From assembly GCA_964593535.1 (NCBI GenBank), contig CAZQHF010000001.1, positions 33,406 to 81,122 on the forward strand: a DNA stretch of 47,717 nucleotides, given 5' to 3'. The notes under the pieces are model-generated. The model did no database searches, had not been told where the DNA came from, and worked only from the letters and a program-made list of their open reading frames with translations. The position numbers were made by a program, and so were the translations under genes. Position 1 is the stretch's first letter; each line of letters begins with the position of its first letter. Source of the DNA: an uncultured Candidatus Saccharibacteria bacterium (GTDB lineage Bacteria; Patescibacteriota; Dojkabacteria; SC72). Positions 30,391 to 38,288 of the stretch are shown in pieces.

Positions 30391-31599
30391 ATGGATAGCT
30401 CAATACCAACAAAGTTACTAGAAAAAATACTTAACATTGGGAATGTAGATATGACATCTCAATATGGCAAATATTTATCCTATTGGCCAATTCTTTTAAT
30501 AGGTTTAATTGTATCTTTCATAATTATCCCGTTAATAGGAAAACTTGCAATGAAATTCGAGATAACCTACAAACCTGGAACAAGAAGAAAAAATAGGGAG
30601 TTTGACAATCCTGAAAAAGCAATACATGAGAAAGAAACACCTGCCCTGGGAGGATTAGCTGTTACTATTCCTCTTTTAATTGCAATTCCATTATTTTTTA
30701 GATTTGATCCTGTTATATCGGCAATTACTATTGCTCTTTCAATTCTGATAATAGGATCTGTACTTGATGATGTTTTAAATTTACCAGCAAAGGTTCAGTT
30801 TGGATACCAGATAGCCGCTGCAGTAGTGATTGCATTTTCTGTAATAGATCTTTCAAATATCAGCTTTTTTACTAACGACATTCTTAATCTTACACAGTTT
30901 ACTTGGAGTACAAATATCTTCTCAATACCGATATCTTTTGTGTTCCCGGGTGATTTAATTTTAATATGCTGGATTCTCCTTTGTATTAATTCTGTAAAAT
31001 GGGTAGGTGGCTCACCAGGGTTAATAGAATCATACTCTCTCTCCATATTTCTACTTTTGTTTATAATAAGTGTAAGAACATATTCACTCTTTTCAAGTAC
31101 TCTATCTATATTTATATCCGGTACTCTTCTCTCTCTCCTTTACTTTGCATTTCCTCCACCTAAAATTATGTCTGGATCAAGCGGAAAATCAGTTTACGGA
31201 TTCTTAATAAGCATACTTGCACTCATAAGCGGAGCAAAGTTCTCAACTACTATTATGCTTCTTGCACTTCCAATAATTGATGCAATATATGTAATAATTT
31301 ACAGATATGTAACATACAAACCTAAGAATCCTATTGAACTAATGAAAATAAATGATACTTCACATCTTCATCATCAACTTCTTAAACTTAATTTTACAAG
31401 TGTGCAGGTTCTTTTAATAGAAACCGCAGTTGCTTTATTTGTTGGGTCTTTTGCAATTCTTGCAACAGGTGCACTTAGATATTTTGCTTTAATATTTGGT
31501 ACCGCATTAGTAATAGGATTTATTGTATTTACAAACTACAAAGCAAAAACAAAAAAAGAAAAGGAGAAACCTTCTCCAGAATCAAAGTATTCATATTAA
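30391..31599 (+). CDS. MraY/WecA-family polyprenyl-phosphate sugar-1-phosphate transferase (divergent)
   Basis: HEKETPALGGLAV, LDDVLNL and DTSHLHHQLLKLNFT match WecA/TagO-type motifs. I prefer ATG 30391, which lies 2 nt after the previous stop, over the TTG at 30328 in the ORF track. Confidence 0.7.
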   Translation: MDSSIPTKLLEKILNIGNVDMTSQYGKYLSYWPILLIGLIVSFIIIPLIGKLAMKFEITYKPGTRRKNREFDNPEKAIHEKETPALGGLAVTIPLLIAIPLFFRFDPVISAITIALSILIIGSVLDDVLNLPAKVQFGYQIAAAVVIAFSVIDLSNISFFTNDILNLTQFTWSTNIFSIPISFVFPGDLILICWILLCINSVKWVGGSPGLIESYSLSIFLLLFIISVRTYSLFSSTLSIFISGTLLSLLYFAFPPPKIMSGSSGKSVYGFLISILALISGAKFSTTIMLLALPIIDAIYVIIYRYVTYKPKNPIELMKINDTSHLHHQLLKLNFTSVQVLLIETAVALFVGSFAILATGALRYFALIFGTALVIGFIVFTNYKAKTKKEKEKPSPESKYSY

Positions 31600-31640
31600 T
31601 TCCTGGACAAATATTGACTGCTTCAATATAATTAGAATAT

Positions 31641-32291
31641 ATGAAAAAGCCTAAAACTGCCTATATTCTAATAATCCTTTTACTAATTCTGTCTGTTATT
31701 TTTTTTCTCTTCCCTTTTGAAGATATTGCAAAGAATTTGCCTGTACTTAAAACCTTTTATAAAAATACAACATTAGAAATAACAACACCAAATGGTAAAG
31801 CTACTGTAAAAATAAACGGAAAGAACTATGGTGAGACGCCTGCAACAATTACAGAGCTTGTGGTAGATGAATATGAGGTTGAATTAACCAGGATAGCTGA
31901 AAACAGCGGCTTTTATAAACCTCATATCTTTAATGTTAAATTAACAAAGAATTCTACATCTAGGATAAATATTGAGATAGGACCAGATGATAGTCTTCAT
32001 GGTTTTATTGTTTACTACACACAAGATAATACCACTGGTGAAAATAAAGGAAAGCTCATATTAACTTCTAATGCTGATAGTGCAAAAGCAATAATAAGCA
32101 GTAAATATGAAGAGAATATTCCTGTTACCAATCTTGAACTAACTGCTGGAGAGTATAATGTAAAGACTACTGCTCCTGGTTTTGAGAATTTAGAATTTCC
32201 TATTGTTATAAGGGAGAAACAAATATTAAATGTTAAGGGATATCAATTCCCTATCCCTGTAAGTTTTGATCTCGTAGAAAATAATGAGTAA
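31641..32291 (+). CDS. PEGA domain-containing membrane-anchored protein
   Basis: An N-terminal TM helix followed by ATVKINGKNYGETPATITELVVDEYEVEL (PEGA-type) and a second similar module, LELTAGEYNVKTTAPGFENLEFPIVI. Confidence 0.65.
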   Translation: MKKPKTAYILIILLLILSVIFFLFPFEDIAKNLPVLKTFYKNTTLEITTPNGKATVKINGKNYGETPATITELVVDEYEVELTRIAENSGFYKPHIFNVKLTKNSTSRINIEIGPDDSLHGFIVYYTQDNTTGENKGKLILTSNADSAKAIISSKYEENIPVTNLELTAGEYNVKTTAPGFENLEFPIVIREKQILNVKGYQFPIPVSFDLVENNE

Positions 32292-35283
32292 TGCAGATTT
32301 AAGTAACATAAAAGGACAACTTCCCATTTCTGTGATAGTTCACGGAGGAAACCATATCTCTTTTCTTCTAGCAAAAACTCTTCTTGAACAAGGAAGTCAT
32401 GTAGTAATCATTGATAAATATACAAATACATCAAAACAGTATTTTACTGAACTAAAAAAATCAGGAAAGATTAGTTTTATCGACTTTAAAGGTATAAAAG
32501 CTTTCTATGATAAAGTGGCACGGATAGATTATCTCTATTATATGCTGGGTGAAAGGGCAGAGGAATCAAAGAATGTAGATAGTAAAGATTTTCTTGCAGA
32601 AGCTGATTATTTAAATCAAAGTCTTACTGCTGCAAATAAATATAAAGCAAAAATATCTCTTGTTACATCACTAAGATTAAACAGAGAACTCTCTAATCTT
32701 GTAAATAATGAACAAACAGGAAAAGCAAAACCATATACCCCTCTTGAACTTCAAAGATATGCAGAAAACTTCTGTGCAGAATATGTAGATAAGACAAGGG
32801 CAAATTTAAGAATAATTAGACTAGGAACAATTATTGGAAGGGGTGTTACAAAGATATCAGACCCTATTGTTGACAAACTTTTTACAGATGCAACACAAAA
32901 AGCGCAAATAGAAATAGAAGGAGAGGGTCTTGAAATTCACAACCTTATTCATGAAAGTGATGCAGTATATGGAATTCTTAAATTAACATTCTCAGATGAT
33001 ACAAGAGGTGAGGTAATCACATTATGTAATAATAATGACTACTCAACACTTTCAATTGCATATAAATTACTAGAACTTGATGTAGAAGCAGAAGCAATTA
33101 AGTTTGTAGAAAGTACAAATGGAGGTACAATTCTTCAGGATCTATATGTTCCTGCACCTCATGCATCACAGTATGGTTGGAGACAAAATGTTTCTTTAGA
33201 AGAAGCAACAATACAACTGGTACAAGCATATTACGAAAAGGCTGATAAGAAATGGGAGATAGATAAAACAGAAAGAGAAAAGGAAAAGTCATATACCCAG
33301 CAAACAGCTGTTACACAAACTAAATTAGGACAGATTATATCCTCAATAACGAAACCTTTCCAAAAGCTTAAAGAACCTGATAAACTGTTTAGAGAAATCA
33401 ATTATGGAAAAATCTTTAGAAATATATCCCTCTTTGCATTTCTAGTTCTACTTTTTTACTACTTAATAACTCCAATAATAGGAATTGCAATAGGAGGGCA
33501 TTTTATACAAACACAAGGAGATGAACTTAAACAATCAATCACAGAGCTTAATTTTGATGAAATAGAGAAAACAACCGAGTCTCTTTCTACCAATGCATCA
33601 AGAGTTGAAGATAGTTTTAATAGACTTTCATGGCTATTTAAACTTTTAGGGAAAAATAGAGAATATGTAGATCTCTTCCAGGTAATCCAAGGAACAAAAT
33701 ATATTGCTGAAAGCGGACAAAACCTTACTACTGGCCTTAAGCCATTAGGGCTGTATGTAAAAGACTTCACACCATCTATTAATTTTGAGTCACAAAATGA
33801 AAACGCACAAGAGTATACTTCATATCTTGAAGCAATTAAAAATAGCAGACACTTACTTCAAGAAGGAGTTTACAAAATATCTCTAGCAGACAGCCTTATT
33901 TCTTCTGCAGATACAAGAGGATATCCCTCATCATTAAAAAATACAATAAACGAATACAAAGATTTAGTTTCTCAAATTAAAACATCTGTAGAGCCAATTG
34001 AAAAGATATCTGAGTTTCTACCAGAATTACTTGGATTAAACCAAAGGAGAAGGTATCTCATACTATTTCAAGATAACGGAGAGATTCGAAGTACCGGTGG
34101 ATGGATATCAGATTATGCAATAGTAGCAATAGAAAATGGTCAGATAAGGGAATTGTTTGTAGATGACATTTATAATGCTCAGGCTTTATTAAAATTAAAA
34201 GGAAAGACATACAAAACTCCGACTTCTATGCTCGAAGCCTTAGGTGGTATCCCTTTCTCTTTCCCATTAGTTAACTGGGATCCTAATCTGGAGAATGTCC
34301 TTCTTTACTCTGAACAATTTGTTTATGATTTAGAAAAGGGAAATTCATTAGATGGCGTTATTACGTTAGATACCGTCTTTATTCAAAGGCTCCTTGATAA
34401 ATGGAGAGGAGTAGAGGTAGCTGGAGAAAGCGAATTGATAACTTCAGAGAACTTCTATCCAAGGGTCTTTAAAGAGCATACAGCTGGTTTAGTTTCTGAT
34501 TCAAGAACATCTGTTTTCTTAGCAGATTTCTTTAATTCTGTAATTACAAAAATATTCTCAAATAAAATAACAGATAATAAAGATATATATGAGGTTGTAA
34601 AAGACTCTATTGATGAAAAGCATATCCTCTTCTCATTTAAAAATGCTTCAGCTCAATCATATTTAAATGAAAATGGCTGGGTGAGTAATTTAGAACAGAA
34701 GTTTGCAGTAGCACCAATAAATATTGACTGGAACTGGGGTGGAAATAAAGCAAATCTATACATAAAAAAGAATCATACATTAAATATTCAGGTTAAAGAT
34801 GAAAAAACTATTGATTATACATATCAAGTTACAATAGAAAATGATTCTACTAAAGAGGAGTTCCCACAAGGAGAGTATAGAAACTATATAAGAATATATA
34901 TACCATACAATGCTGAAGTAACAGCACTTCGTGGATTAACAAATAACAGCTATGATCTATATACAGAAAATGGATATAAGGTTGTTGCAGGTTGGTTTAA
35001 TATCCCTATTCAACAAACTTTAACATTAGAACTTAGGTACAGATTAAATAAAACAGCTAATGACACAAGTTTTCCACTACTTAAAACAGATACAAACTAT
35101 CAAATGGCTATATACATATTTAAACAACCTGGAAGTAGAAAAGATTCTTACAGCATTTCCCTAAGCTACCCATCAGAATGGGTTGTTGAGAATAGTGAAG
35201 GATTAACAAGAATAGAAAATAATGTAAACAGAAGATTTGAGCTATCATCAGATCAGCACTTCTATATATCATGGCAGAGATAA
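32284..35283 (+). CDS. Fusion protein: degenerate NAD(P)-epimerase/SDR-like domain, TM helix, DUF4012 domain
   Basis: The N-terminus VIVHGGNHISFLLAKTLLEQGSHVVIIDK has a Rossmann layout but no GxxGxxG. There is a central TM helix (ISLFAFLVLLFYYLITPIIGIAIGG). RRRYLILFQDNGEIRSTGGWISDYA is the DUF4012 hallmark. Confidence 0.7.
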   Translation: MSNADLSNIKGQLPISVIVHGGNHISFLLAKTLLEQGSHVVIIDKYTNTSKQYFTELKKSGKISFIDFKGIKAFYDKVARIDYLYYMLGERAEESKNVDSKDFLAEADYLNQSLTAANKYKAKISLVTSLRLNRELSNLVNNEQTGKAKPYTPLELQRYAENFCAEYVDKTRANLRIIRLGTIIGRGVTKISDPIVDKLFTDATQKAQIEIEGEGLEIHNLIHESDAVYGILKLTFSDDTRGEVITLCNNNDYSTLSIAYKLLELDVEAEAIKFVESTNGGTILQDLYVPAPHASQYGWRQNVSLEEATIQLVQAYYEKADKKWEIDKTEREKEKSYTQQTAVTQTKLGQIISSITKPFQKLKEPDKLFREINYGKIFRNISLFAFLVLLFYYLITPIIGIAIGGHFIQTQGDELKQSITELNFDEIEKTTESLSTNASRVEDSFNRLSWLFKLLGKNREYVDLFQVIQGTKYIAESGQNLTTGLKPLGLYVKDFTPSINFESQNENAQEYTSYLEAIKNSRHLLQEGVYKISLADSLISSADTRGYPSSLKNTINEYKDLVSQIKTSVEPIEKISEFLPELLGLNQRRRYLILFQDNGEIRSTGGWISDYAIVAIENGQIRELFVDDIYNAQALLKLKGKTYKTPTSMLEALGGIPFSFPLVNWDPNLENVLLYSEQFVYDLEKGNSLDGVITLDTVFIQRLLDKWRGVEVAGESELITSENFYPRVFKEHTAGLVSDSRTSVFLADFFNSVITKIFSNKITDNKDIYEVVKDSIDEKHILFSFKNASAQSYLNENGWVSNLEQKFAVAPINIDWNWGGNKANLYIKKNHTLNIQVKDEKTIDYTYQVTIENDSTKEEFPQGEYRNYIRIYIPYNAEVTALRGLTNNSYDLYTENGYKVVAGWFNIPIQQTLTLELRYRLNKTANDTSFPLLKTDTNYQMAIYIFKQPGSRKDSYSISLSYPSEWVVENSEGLTRIENNVNRRFELSSDQHFYISWQR

Positions 35284-35284
35284 T

Positions 35285-35629
35285 TTAGATTCTAACTTTC
35301 TCTTTTCCTTTTAAATATTGGTATAAGTCTAATATCTCCTCAACAGATGTTTCTCTCATAGATGCAAATTTACTAATCTCCTCAACATCAAGGTCTGTAT
35401 TAATCGGCATTCTGTTGCTTATACCAATAGGTTTAAAGTATGTAGCAATGTGATTTGATTTACAATTTGGGCATGAGAAGTGTATAATACTTGAAATGTC
35501 TGTATCTTGTATTATTTCTAAATCCTCTATAGAGTAAGGATGACCGCATTTATCACAAAATTTAGCTATCGTATCAATAAAAAATTGTTTCTTATCATTT
35601 AAATTGTCTTTATTTAAACTCTTGACCAT
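35285..35629 (-). CDS. Hypothetical zinc-ribbon protein
   Basis: 114 aa with CDKCGHPY...CPNCKSNH (CxxC-N29-CxxC). It is divergent from rpoD across a 26-bp gap. Confidence 0.55.
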   Translation of the reverse strand: MVKSLNKDNLNDKKQFFIDTIAKFCDKCGHPYSIEDLEIIQDTDISSIIHFSCPNCKSNHIATYFKPIGISNRMPINTDLDVEEISKFASMRETSVEEILDLYQYLKGKEKVRI

Positions 35630-35636
35630 ATATTAA

Positions 35637-35645
35637 ATTATACCA
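35637..35645 (-). promoter_or_regulatory. Candidate extended -10 (TGGTATAAT) 7 nt before the zinc-ribbon ORF ATG
   Basis: The minus strand reads TGGTATAATttaatatATG. The box lies only 11-19 nt upstream of the rpoD ATG on the other strand. Confidence 0.4.
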
Positions 35646-35655
35646 TAACAGTAAA

Positions 35656-36741
35656 ATGAACAAATCGAATAAGCCAAAATATATAGAACAACTTGTTAAA
35701 AAAGGAAAACAACAGGGCTTTCTCTCACAGGAAGATATTTTAGAGATATTTCCTACAATAGAGGAAGACATTGTACTACTTGATGATATTTTCAAAGAAC
35801 TACAAGAAAATGAGATAGAGGTACTTGAACCTGAAGAAAATATATCTCCAGATAGTGAAAATCTAACTCTTGAAAAGAAAATAAGAATACTTAAAACAAT
35901 ACAATCAACACTATCAACAGATGCAATAAGGTCATATCTTTATGAAATAGGAAAAATTCCACTTCTTACTGCAGATGAAGAGGTTATACTTGCTAAAAGA
36001 ATTGAAAAAGGTGATAAAGAGGCCGCACAGCTACTAATTACTGCGAATTTAAGATTGGTTGTAAGCATTGCTAAAAAGTACAGTAAAAGTGGATTAGAAC
36101 TCTTAGATTTAATTCAAGAGGGAAATATCGGCCTTATGAGAGCAGTTGAGAAGTTTGACTACCACAAAGGTTTTAAGTTTTCTACCTATGCTACTTGGTG
36201 GATAAGACAGGCAATAACAAGAGCTATTGCTGATCAGGCAAGAACTATACGTGTCCCTGTACATATGATTGAAACTATAAACAAATTCAATAAAGTAAGT
36301 ACTACATTAGCTACTAGACTTGGAAGACAGCCAACAGACGAGGAAATTGCAAAAGAAATGGATATAGAACTTGATAAAATAGCAGAAATAAGAAAGATAA
36401 AACAAAATCCTTCCTCTCTTGCAACCCCAATTGGAGATGAAAAAGATAGCAAATTACAGGATATTCTCCCTGATGAATGGTCACAAAGCCCAGAGGATTA
36501 TGCAAGCTCTGAATATCTAAAAAATCAACTTAGAGAAATTCTTGACTCCCTGCAAGATAGAGAAAGAAAAGTCCTTTCGTTAAGATTTGGGTTAACAGAT
36601 GGTGTAAGCAGAACATTAGAAGAAGTAGGCAGAGAGTTTGGGGTAACAAGAGAAAGAATAAGACAAATTGAAGCTAAAGCATTAAAGAAACTTAAAGAAA
36701 AATCATCTGATAAAAAACTTGACGATTACATAAACCGTTAA
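35656..36741 (+). CDS. rpoD: RNA polymerase primary sigma factor (sigma-70 family)
   Basis: Region 2 [37 protein letters not shown], region 3, and region 4 [24 protein letters not shown]. Confidence 0.95.
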   Translation: MNKSNKPKYIEQLVKKGKQQGFLSQEDILEIFPTIEEDIVLLDDIFKELQENEIEVLEPEENISPDSENLTLEKKIRILKTIQSTLSTDAIRSYLYEIGKIPLLTADEEVILAKRIEKGDKEAAQLLITANLRLVVSIAKKYSKSGLELLDLIQEGNIGLMRAVEKFDYHKGFKFSTYATWWIRQAITRAIADQARTIRVPVHMIETINKFNKVSTTLATRLGRQPTDEEIAKEMDIELDKIAEIRKIKQNPSSLATPIGDEKDSKLQDILPDEWSQSPEDYASSEYLKNQLREILDSLQDRERKVLSLRFGLTDGVSRTLEEVGREFGVTRERIRQIEAKALKKLKEKSSDKKLDDYINR

Positions 36742-36992
36742 TTGGCAGATTCCTCTGTTTTAACCATATCAAAAAAGGAAGAAGGCGGAATAGCATATGT
36801 ATCATCAACTCTCTTAGATACATCATTTAGCACATCCTCATCAAAAGAAGAATTTAAAGGAGCTGTATATTCTTCTGCTTTAGGATTTATTGTAGATAAA
36901 GACTCCTTAGAGAAAAGTAAAATTCCTACCCATACTATTACAAGAATAATAGTAAGTACAATTATTGGAACATATTTTCTTACCATTTCCAT
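36738..36992 (-). CDS. Small single-pass membrane protein, last gene of the PilN/PilO-like operon
   Basis: 84 aa with TM helix [21 protein letters not shown]. It starts 3 nt after the upstream stop. I prefer it over the antisense ORF 36742-37005. Confidence 0.45.
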   Translation of the reverse strand: MEMVRKYVPIIVLTIILVIVWVGILLFSKESLSTINPKAEEYTAPLNSSFDEDVLNDVSKRVDDTYAIPPSSFFDMVKTEESAN

Positions 36993-36995
36993 ACT

Positions 36996-37625
36996 CTATT
37001 CATAAAAATTTACATCTTCAATATTATAGACCCTTAAAGTAATTGAATAATTAGTAGTTCCATCTTTCTCTATTTTATTGCTATATGATATTCCCTCTAT
37101 AACAGGATACATAGGAAGACTCTCAAGTTCTTTAAGCAATATCATTAAATTAGACTTATTTCCCCCGACATTTATTCTTAAATTATATGGAACAAGTACA
37201 GTTGTATTTAGACCGAAATCTTCATTTACAGATACTTTTGCTTTAGAAAATGATACAGACCTTAAAACAAAACTGTTCCTTGTAATAATTGGCTCTATAT
37301 TAGCCAACAACAAGCTAAAATTCTCATCAGCAGGAAATATCAAAGTTATATTCTCAAACGCCTTTTTGTTATTATTATACTGTTCATCTAAACTACTTAA
37401 TGTTTGAAGCTTGTTTTTAAGTGCAACAGAGATTCTTTCTTTTTCCTTTATTTCTTTATCAATATTATTAACAGTATTAAATGTAGGAACAACAGCAAAA
37501 ACAATCAATAGAATTACTGCAATATATGTTAGCCCCGTAAAAATTATCTCTGCCCTTTTATTAGGACCCTCTTTAGCAATCTTTACATATTCAACTTTTC
37601 TTTCACTATTATCTTCTACTGCCAT
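36996..37625 (-). CDS. PilO-like type IV pilus assembly protein (bitopic)
   Basis: 209 aa. It has a short cytoplasmic N-terminus, a TM helix (IIFTGLTYIAVILLIVFAVV), a coiled coil and an alpha/beta C-terminal domain (LKELESLPMYPVIEGISYS). It lies directly after the PilN-like gene. Confidence 0.5.
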   Translation of the reverse strand: MAVEDNSERKVEYVKIAKEGPNKRAEIIFTGLTYIAVILLIVFAVVPTFNTVNNIDKEIKEKERISVALKNKLQTLSSLDEQYNNNKKAFENITLIFPADENFSLLLANIEPIITRNSFVLRSVSFSKAKVSVNEDFGLNTTVLVPYNLRINVGGNKSNLMILLKELESLPMYPVIEGISYSNKIEKDGTTNYSITLRVYNIEDVNFYE

Positions 37626-37626
37626 A

Positions 37627-38184
37627 TTATTCTACTTTTCCTACAGCATTAAAACTTATATTTACATCATACTCCACATCTTTCATGTTTATATTTACTT
37701 TTACATCACTGTAATATGTATTATTTTTTAAATTCTCTTCATAACTTCTTAGCGCATTAAAATCAGTAGTCTTAATAGATAAAGATACTTTCCCATTATT
37801 AATTGAAATACTTTCTACATTAAGAGTTAGAGGAACACCATTAATGACCTCAGAAATCAAATTAGAGTTAATCTCCTGCTTATCCCTAACAGTTTTTACA
37901 TCGGTTAATAAAGTCTGGTAGTTACCGTATTTAATAATACTCTTCTTCCATGTAGCATTCTCAAGTGTTGAAACCTGAGTATCAATCTGCTCTGTCAGAT
38001 CGTTATTCTTTCCATCCATAACAAATCTATATACAAATGCGCCTAATGCAATAATTTCAACGGTAATCAGCATCCATTTCCCAATTGTTGTTAGCCAAGA
38101 AATTGAAATTTGTCCAACACTTTCACCACTTCCTACTGGTTCTAACAGATTTATAGATTTTGCTTCTTCTTTATCATTAAACAT
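37627..38184 (-). CDS. pilN: PilN-like type IV pilus assembly protein
   Basis: 185 aa. The N-terminal INLLEP motif (PilN hallmark INLLP) is followed by a TM helix (WMLITVEIIALGAFVY), a coiled coil and a C-terminal beta-rich domain. Confidence 0.55.
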   Translation of the reverse strand: MFNDKEEAKSINLLEPVGSGESVGQISISWLTTIGKWMLITVEIIALGAFVYRFVMDGKNNDLTEQIDTQVSTLENATWKKSIIKYGNYQTLLTDVKTVRDKQEINSNLISEVINGVPLTLNVESISINNGKVSLSIKTTDFNALRSYEENLKNNTYYSDVKVNINMKDVEYDVNISFNAVGKVE

Positions 38185-38190
38185 AGGGCA

Positions 38191-38199
38191 GTAATACCA
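38191..38199 (-). promoter_or_regulatory. Candidate extended -10 (TGGTATTAC) 6 nt before the PilN-like ATG
   Basis: The minus strand reads aaTGGTATTACtgccctATG. Confidence 0.3.
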
Positions 38200-38266
38200 T
38201 TTACTACTAATAGTATACAGATGTTTTTAAAAAGTTTCTATAGTATTAGTAGAGTAAATTGTATTC

Positions 38267-38275
38267 TGATATAAT
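38267..38275 (+). promoter_or_regulatory. Candidate extended -10 (TGaTATAAT) 13 nt before the metG ATG
   Basis: tcTGATATAATtaaaactgaaattATG. Confidence 0.4.
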
Positions 38276-38288
38276 TAAAACTGAAATT

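Noticed and set aside
36742-37005. An 87-aa plus-strand ORF immediately after rpoD.
   Set aside because: It competes with the minus-strand 84-aa ORF. That ORF has a clean TM helix and sits in tight operon spacing with the PilO-like gene. The plus-strand product is Ser/Thr-rich low complexity. This choice is not certain.
38185-38288. T-box or other riboswitch leaders upstream of metG and valS (42571-42653).
   Set aside because: The available leaders are under 85 nt and contain a -10 box within 13 nt of the ATG. That is far too short for a T-box (about 200 nt or more), and no specifier or antiterminator structure is visible.
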